Shown one piece after another: positions 57,825-64,000 of a DNA stretch of 64,000 bases. The translations under genes were made by a program, and so were the position numbers. The stretch lies in assembly GCA_965112155.1 (NCBI GenBank), contig OZ218098.1; one strand, 5' to 3'. Under the pieces are notes generated by a model. It was given only the letters and a program-made list of their open reading frames with translations, was not told the DNA's origin and did not search any database. The stretch comes from Podarcis liolepis (lineage: Eukaryota). Position 1 is the stretch's first letter. The number at the start of each line of letters is the position of its first letter.

Positions 57825-60800
57825 GTAAGCAAATAAAGTATTTTTACAAAATCCAGAAGAAGCCTGTAACTTCTTTTAATTCATTCATGTGGACTTCATT
57901 GTCTGTTTTGCTAATATTGTGTTTGTTAACTTACATGCCATTTTCTCCTAGCATTATCATTGGTCCCGAATCTGCCTCAGTTTCTTTCCTTAGCTTTTGT
58001 TGTGGTGACAGCAGTCTTTGAGGCAGACATTTTAGTGCCTGAGGTAGAACATTAGAACATTAAAATGATAACTTCCATGCCATGGGGGTAAAATATAATA
58101 AACTATGTGTAATTTACAAATTGTTGCCTCAGAATCAACTGTCAACGGTAGAGCTAGCCCTTCTGAAATCTCCAGGGTTAAATGTTGTAAACTCTCAGCT
58201 AGAGCCTCCATGGTGATTGATTTTCAGTGCCTTCTTGGATTAATAACTACAGTGTATTTCCCCCTCTTTCTATAGGTGGGATCACAGTATCTGTGGTAGC
58301 TTTCTTTTTCACCATTAAGTTCCTCTTTGAACTTGCCGCACGTGTAGTCAGCTTCCTCCAGCATGAGGACCGGGAGCGCAGAGGAGAGCGGACAATTTAT
58401 GACTACGTGCGAGGCAACTACTTGGACCCCCGCTCTTGCAAAGTCTTCTGGGACTGGAAGGACCCCTATGAGGTGGGCCACAGCATGGCCTTCCGAGTAC
58501 ATGTAAGTGAATATTTTCTATTTCCATGAAAACCTGAGGAGTGGCTCTAGGTTTTATTTCAAGACAAACCTCTTTAGAGATTATGGGACTGTTCCTTGGA
58601 GGTTTTGTGCCAGTTTTGTTACTTCGGCTGATCAGCTTAATGCTGGTGGTTATCAACAGCACAGACTAGGCAGTATATTGAGGCTATCTCCTACGTTTTT
58701 GCTTTTGCAGTGAGTTTGGGTGAGCTTCTGACTGCTCAGTTTAGGCAGGTCAAACCTAGTATCGCTCTTCTGGGTTTGTTTTTGTTGAATTTGCTTTGTA
58801 TGCATATTTAAAATTTGGTGGGCACATATCTTGAAGCATGATTGGGCATGATGATATTTTTGGAAATAGTGCCAGCATTTATATCAGGGATGTTGTAAGT
58901 GGAGAGGGAATAAGCTATCAGTGATTACTAGTCATGTTGGCTGGTATAATACCCCTAGGATCAAAGGCAGCAAATCTGAATACCAATTGCTAGGAACAAC
59001 AAGAGAAGGCTAGTGTGTTCATGTTCCACAGGTATCTGGTTAGCCACTCTGGGAAACAGGATGCCAGTTTAGTTAAGCCTCTGGTCTATTCCAGAAGGGC
59101 TCTTCTTATGTTCTTCAATAATTACAGAACTGCTCATCACCTAATATTGGGCACTAATTGTGATATAGCATATTAAGATGCTGTTTTGCATTTATTTTTT
59201 AAATCCCCATGCAGTTATTCTATAAGAATGGCCAGCCCTTCCCTGCTCTTCGTCCTGTGGGCCTGCGAGTTCACATCTGCCATGTGGAGCTAGCAATGGA
59301 TATTCCTGTGACCCAGGAAGTACTTCAGGAGCCCAGTTCCAATGTGGTGAAGGTGGCATTTACTGTGCGGAAGGCTGGGCGCTATGAAATCAGCATAAAA
59401 CTTGGAGGCTTGAATGTGGCATATAGCCCATACTACAAAGTCTTTCAGCCAGGTAAGGCCTTTTGGGGCCAATAACAAACCAAGGCATAGAAATGAGAGC
59501 ATGTCTTGTAATATGCCCCTTGTAATATTACATGCGAGTCTAAGCTGGGTGTTGTTCCTTATTTCAGGAATGGTGGTTCCTTCGAAAACCAAAATTGTTT
59601 GCCATTTCTCCACTTTGGTGCTGACATGTGGGCAGCCTCACACTCTGCAGATAGTTCCCAGAGATGAGTATAATAATCCTACCAGTAACTCGGTATCACT
59701 GATAGATGAGCACAACTACAGCCTCTCAATCCATGAGGTGAGTCCATCTCTGCTCTATCTTCTCTAAGACTGGAATACACTGATATAGTCTAACTTATAT
59801 TCATTTTGTCTAGCTTGGACCCCAAGAAGAAGAACCTTCTGATGTTTTGTTTGAGAAGTCTGTGGTGTCTAATCGACAGACTTATCAAGTTTTCCTGAGA
59901 CTCACCCTACTCCGTAGGGGATGTTTCCGTGCCTGCATCTCCTACCAAAGCCAGCCTATTAGCAATGGAGAGTTCGATATAATTGTTTTAAATGGTAAGT
60001 TTAGAAAAATACACTATTTTTACTTCCACTCTTTCCCACGATGCTGTTACCATTTATTGCATTTGTATCTTGCCTGTCATCCAGCAGTATCATTTTAGCC
60101 TCATAACAAGTGAGGTTTGTATCTTGCAGAGAGTGAAAAGAGTATCGTGGAGCGAAATGTTTCTACCTCAGGGGTCAGTATCTATTTTGAGGCCTACCTT
60201 TACAATGCTAGTAGCTATGCCAATACCCAGTGGCAACTTCCACCCCTGCATTGGGGTTCCTCTCAGCGCCGACCTTCCACTGCTACTGAAGATGAGGATG
60301 AAGACTCTCCTTCTGACAGCCAGACCCCTGAGAAAGTGAAGAAGCCAAAAAAAGTGTATTGCTATGTTTCACCCAAGGTAAGACTAGCTCGTCTATTCCC
60401 TAGTTGCACATGATTTATTGCTCTTATGTGTGGCTGTGTTATCAGTTGGCTTCCAGGAACCATTTCCCTATGGTTGTTGGCCATTATTACTGTTGTGAGG
60501 GACTGTGTATTGTGCTATGAAACAGCTGGTGTACTTTTCCAAACATATATTGGAGACAAAATTGTTCAGGACTTCTTGGATTATTGCTCTGCTAACCAGA
60601 GAACTGACCTGTGGCTACATTTTATGGTGGCTGCTGGGTTGTCAGCAAAAATGGAGTTGACCATTGTTCAAGTTCTTTCAGATTGGTTCATTTTTTTAAA
60701 TATGTGACTCTCCATTGTTTTTGTTCTTTTACTTCAAAGCAATTCTCAGTAAAGGAGTTCTACTTGAAGATCATTCCTTGGCGCCTCTTTACCTTCAGAG

Positions 60801-62564
60801 TATGTCCTGGCACCAAGGTATGTTGGTAAAATTCCCCAGTGAATAATTGGATTTGTTTTGTGAAAGGTATATTCCGTTTGTCGGCCTAATCACCTAAGAT
60901 TGAAAACTTTCGCTGTTAGGTTTTTAGATTTGCTTGGGAGCCTACTGTGGTCTTCTATATTGCATCCTGCAATATAGCTTTCAGGTTCTTTTTTTCTTGT
61001 AATTTTCCTCCTCCCCTAATGAAGCATGTACTGAGGCTCATTCTGCAAGAATTGCAGTTTATATAACCTTCATCTCAGCTGTAGGCTTGCCAGCAGCTTT
61101 GCTATTAACTGGTTCTGAGCAGATAGAGGGGCAAGGAAATGTGCCCAGAGGGTAACCTTGCCACATCTGATCAATGTGCTGTGCTTTCTGGTAAATGATT
61201 CCCCGCCCTTTCCTGCATTTTTTTGCTGCTAGTTTTCTTACCACGGGCCTGACCCTGTGCACAAACTGCTGACGTTAGTGGTGGATGATGGGATCCAGCC
61301 TCCCGTAGAGCTGAGCTGCAAGGAGAGGAACATCTTGGCGGCAACTTTCATTCGCTCGCTGCATAAAAATATAGGTAAAAAGAGTCTGGGGCATAAAATT
61401 ATGTTGCATGGTAACTAATGCATCACAGCTTGCATAACACATACTAAAGAGGACAGCTGCCATTCTGTGGTGTAGACTGCAAGCATTTTCATAATGGATT
61501 GCATCCTTTTTATGTTGTGGTGTGCTGCTTAGTTCAATGTTTGTTTATAAATGTTGTGTAGTTCAGTTTGATTTAGGATACAGTGGTGCCTCGCAAGACG
61601 AAATTAATTCGTTCCGCAAGTTTTTTCGTCTAGCGAATGTTTCGTCTTGTGAAGCACGGTGTCGGAAAAGTTTTGGAAAAGCTTCAAAAATCACCAAAGT
61701 CTTCAAAAAAGGCTACCACACTGCGTTCTATGAGTTGCTCCTCGAAGTCAAGTCGCAACTGTATTAACGGTGTTAAGAAAAAGGAAACAAACTCGCAAGA
61801 CGTTTCCGTCTTGCGAAGCAAGCCCATAGGGAAATTCGTCTTGCGAAGCAGCTCAAAAACTGCAAAACCCTTTCGTCTAGCGAGTTTTTCATCTTGCGAG
61901 GCATTCGTCTTGCGGGGCACCACTGTATTGCAATTATTATAGAGCAATCACACATGTTTCCCCTGTTCTTGATAAATTTCAGTCTGTTGCTCTCTTCCTG
62001 ATATCTCTTTAGAGGAGTTCACATAACTATCTATGTATGTGTTGAGGTTATGCATTCTCCCCCTCCTAACTTCTTTAGTGCTTCTAAACAAATATATTTA
62101 TTTAACCTCTCCAGCTTGGTCTCAGAATAGGGAGGTTTAAACCCTGAGCCCATGTGTATGTGATAGAGCCAGCGTGTGTGCACAAATACAAATATGAGGA
62201 AATACTAGAGACAAGGAAATGTTAATGAATGCATTGTTTATGTTCTGTCTCCACAAAATAGTTCTTACAATTTTTAAAAACTATGATATGTATCCCTTTG
62301 TTTCCTCAAATCCTTTGTACTGAATTTTTTTTACTCCTTTTGGGATGATAATTTGTCATATTTTATGACATTTCTGAAACAGATATGACCTTGTAAGGTG
62401 TTTTGAAGGAAACAGATATGACAATGGGCTTGTTGGTTTCAGGAGGCTCAGAGACCTTTCAGGACAAAGTAAACTTCTTCCAGAGGGAGCTGCGCCAGGT
62501 GCACATGAAGAGGCCCCATTCAAAAGTTACTCTAAAAGTCAGCCGCCACAACCTTCTGGAATCG
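57809..62564 (+). CDS. AREL1: Apoptosis-resistant E3 ubiquitin ligase 1 (filamin-like repeat; HECT domain beyond window), gene span, 3'-partial; 9 exons, 1422 nt, 474 codons
   Basis: Joined protein MFYVIGGITVSVVAFFFTIKFLFELAARVVSFL...YLDPRSCKV...KAGRYEISIKLGGLNVAYSPY...GGSETFQDKVNFFQRELRQVHMKRPHSKVTLKVSRHNLLES. Confidence 0.97.
58276..58502 (+). CDS. AREL1: AREL1 coding exon 2
   Basis: ctatag| acceptor, CAT|GTAAGT donor; 227 nt. Confidence 0.95.
59215..59452 (+). CDS. AREL1: AREL1 coding exon 3
   Basis: atgcag| acceptor, CAG|GTAAGG donor; 238 nt. Confidence 0.95.
59568..59737 (+). CDS. AREL1: AREL1 coding exon 4
   Basis: tttcag| acceptor, GAG|GTGAGT donor; 170 nt. Confidence 0.95.
59814..59994 (+). 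CDS. AREL1: AREL1 coding exon 5
   Basis: gtctag| acceptor after a 76-nt intron, ATG|GTAAGT donor; 181 nt. Confidence 0.94.
60130..60377 (+). CDS. AREL1: AREL1 coding exon 6
   Basis: ttgcag| acceptor, AAG|GTAAGA donor; 248 nt. Confidence 0.95.
60740..60817 (+). CDS. AREL1: AREL1 coding exon 7 (QFSVKEFYLKIIPWRLFTFRVCPGTK)
   Basis: tcaaag| acceptor, AAG|GTATGT donor; 78 nt. Confidence 0.93.
61233..61374 (+). CDS. AREL1: AREL1 coding exon 8 (FSYHGPDPVHKLLTLVVDDG...)
   Basis: tgctag| acceptor, TAG|GTAAAA donor; 142 nt. Confidence 0.94.
61581..61925 (-). mobile_element. MITE family B, copy 2 (AREL1 intron)
   Basis: TA|CAGTGGTGCCTCGCAAGACG...CGTCTTGCGGGGCACCACTG|TA; ends match 16257-16581 in reverse. 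Confidence 0.9.
62443..62564 (+). CDS. AREL1: AREL1 coding exon 9
   Basis: tttcag| acceptor, TCG|GTGAGT donor; 122 nt. Confidence 0.94.
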
Positions 62565-64000
62565 GTGAGTGTGTCTGTGATACAGAAAGCTTGGAGTGTA
62601 GCATAGTTTTAGGGAAGTTCTGTAGATCATTTCCTTCCTGTTCCATGTTCGTTCACCTTAAGCTGCAGAATGGACTAGAGTGATATGAATTCAGGGTGAT
62701 AGTTTATTCACACATCTGATTTTACACCTTCCTCTAAAATATTTAATTGCCTATGACCAGAGAAGTCTGCATTAAACCAACTATTAGTCATTTTTAATGT
62801 AGCAAAGCCTCAATGAGAGGCGAGGCAGCCCAGGGCAGGGAGCACAGAAACCATCAGCTGCTGACAGAACCATCAGCAGCCTGAGAATGATGCTTGGGCA
62901 GCTGCTCCCTCATCTCTGCTGGAGCTGCTAAAGACCCGTATGCCGTGAGGGAACCCAGGCCAGGGAGCATGCATACCATCAACTCCCAGTTTGCTGAATG
63001 ACACTTGTCCTTCTACATTTTATATACTGTGTTAGTTTTAGTGTTTTAAAATTGTAAACCAGCTTGGGTGCCTTGGCAGAAAGGCGGTATATAAATCCAA
63101 GGAATAAATAAATAAGTTTGGGGAAGTGGGAGGCGGACATGAATCCTAGTCTCCTTTGTTATGCAGGCTCTTACAACATAATTAGTTTCAGTGCGGCAGA
63201 CAGATAAAATCAAGGGAATTAAACTTCCAAGGGTGGGGGAAACTAAAACATTTTAAGTGGAAGATGAAGATTATCGTGAGTGTGAACCAGAGGATGTGCT
63301 GTCACTGGTAAGCAGCAAATGGCTTTAAATTATTTGACTGTCTACTATATCGGAGCCAAGAGTTGCCATAGGGTTTTTTTTTTAGTTTTCTGGTTTTGCT
63401 GTAGCTATAAATGGAACAGAGATTCTATGGCTTGACGTTTCTAGTCGTTTTAAATATTTTGTTCAAAGCAAGCTTAGTCTTGAGGGAGCAGTGCATTAAA
63501 GTGATAGTATATGTCATGAGGGCAAGTCATGAAACACTTTTATTTGTGAGCACTTAGGAAATGAGGACGAGAGCTCTTCAAAGATTTATAATTGGAAAAA
63601 AACAGCCCTTTCAGTCCCTATAGCTCAGTAGTGTGGATCCTTTTCATGTCAAGAGCCACATTACCTCAGTGGGGAGTATTATTTATAACTCTTAAATTGT
63701 GCTTTATAGATCCAATAATCTCTTAGATCACAGCAGGTGGGGTCAACACCCAAAGTGGGCAAAACCTTCCTTTTCTTTGTGTCATTCCCCCCATTCAGTT
63801 TTTCTCCCACCTTCACTCTTCCTCTTCTCCTTATTTCTCCTCTTTTCCTCAAACAACCTCTTGCACTTTCCTTGCACAAAATACTACATATGAAAGGCAA
63901 TCAGGATTAGTTAACATGGAAATGCTGCAGTCTGTTGTGGGATGAACAAACTGCTCTGTTCTTCCGCTAGCAACCCTCTGGTCATGGAAAGAAGCTTTTC

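Overview
Eukaryotic (vertebrate) genomic DNA, almost certainly a squamate reptile and probably a lacertid lizard, judged from the repeats (Sauria SINEs, BovB, CR1, Penelope-like and Tc1/mariner-type MITEs). Three spliced genes lie in the same order as on human 14q24. YLPM1 is on the minus strand (ATG 41769, 18 coding exons traced to 2417, about 2205 codons, last exons beyond the left edge). FCF1 is on the minus strand and complete (8 exons, 198 aa, 49828 to 43906). AREL1 is on the plus strand, head-to-head with FCF1 (9 coding exons, 57809-62564, HECT domain beyond the right edge). Exon boundaries were placed by hand from GT/AG sites and all phases are consistent. The most interesting unexplained structure is at the 3' end of YLPM1, upstream of the exons expected to carry the PP1-docking RVRW motif: a 40-nt stop-containing cassette exon with strong splice sites, other candidate poison or terminal exons, and an in-frame but apparently decayed ~3 kb exon. 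Other items of note are a 7-unit higher-order LLPTP...FxFK repeat in YLPM1 exon 4, a Penelope-derived hairpin with a minimal hammerhead ribozyme (intact antisense, G12A on the sense strand), an inverted MITE pair bracketing the Walker-A exon, a perfect 24-bp intronic hairpin and a uORF-dense AREL1 leader. Gene and repeat-family names come from recognition, not database searches, and novelty could not be checked.
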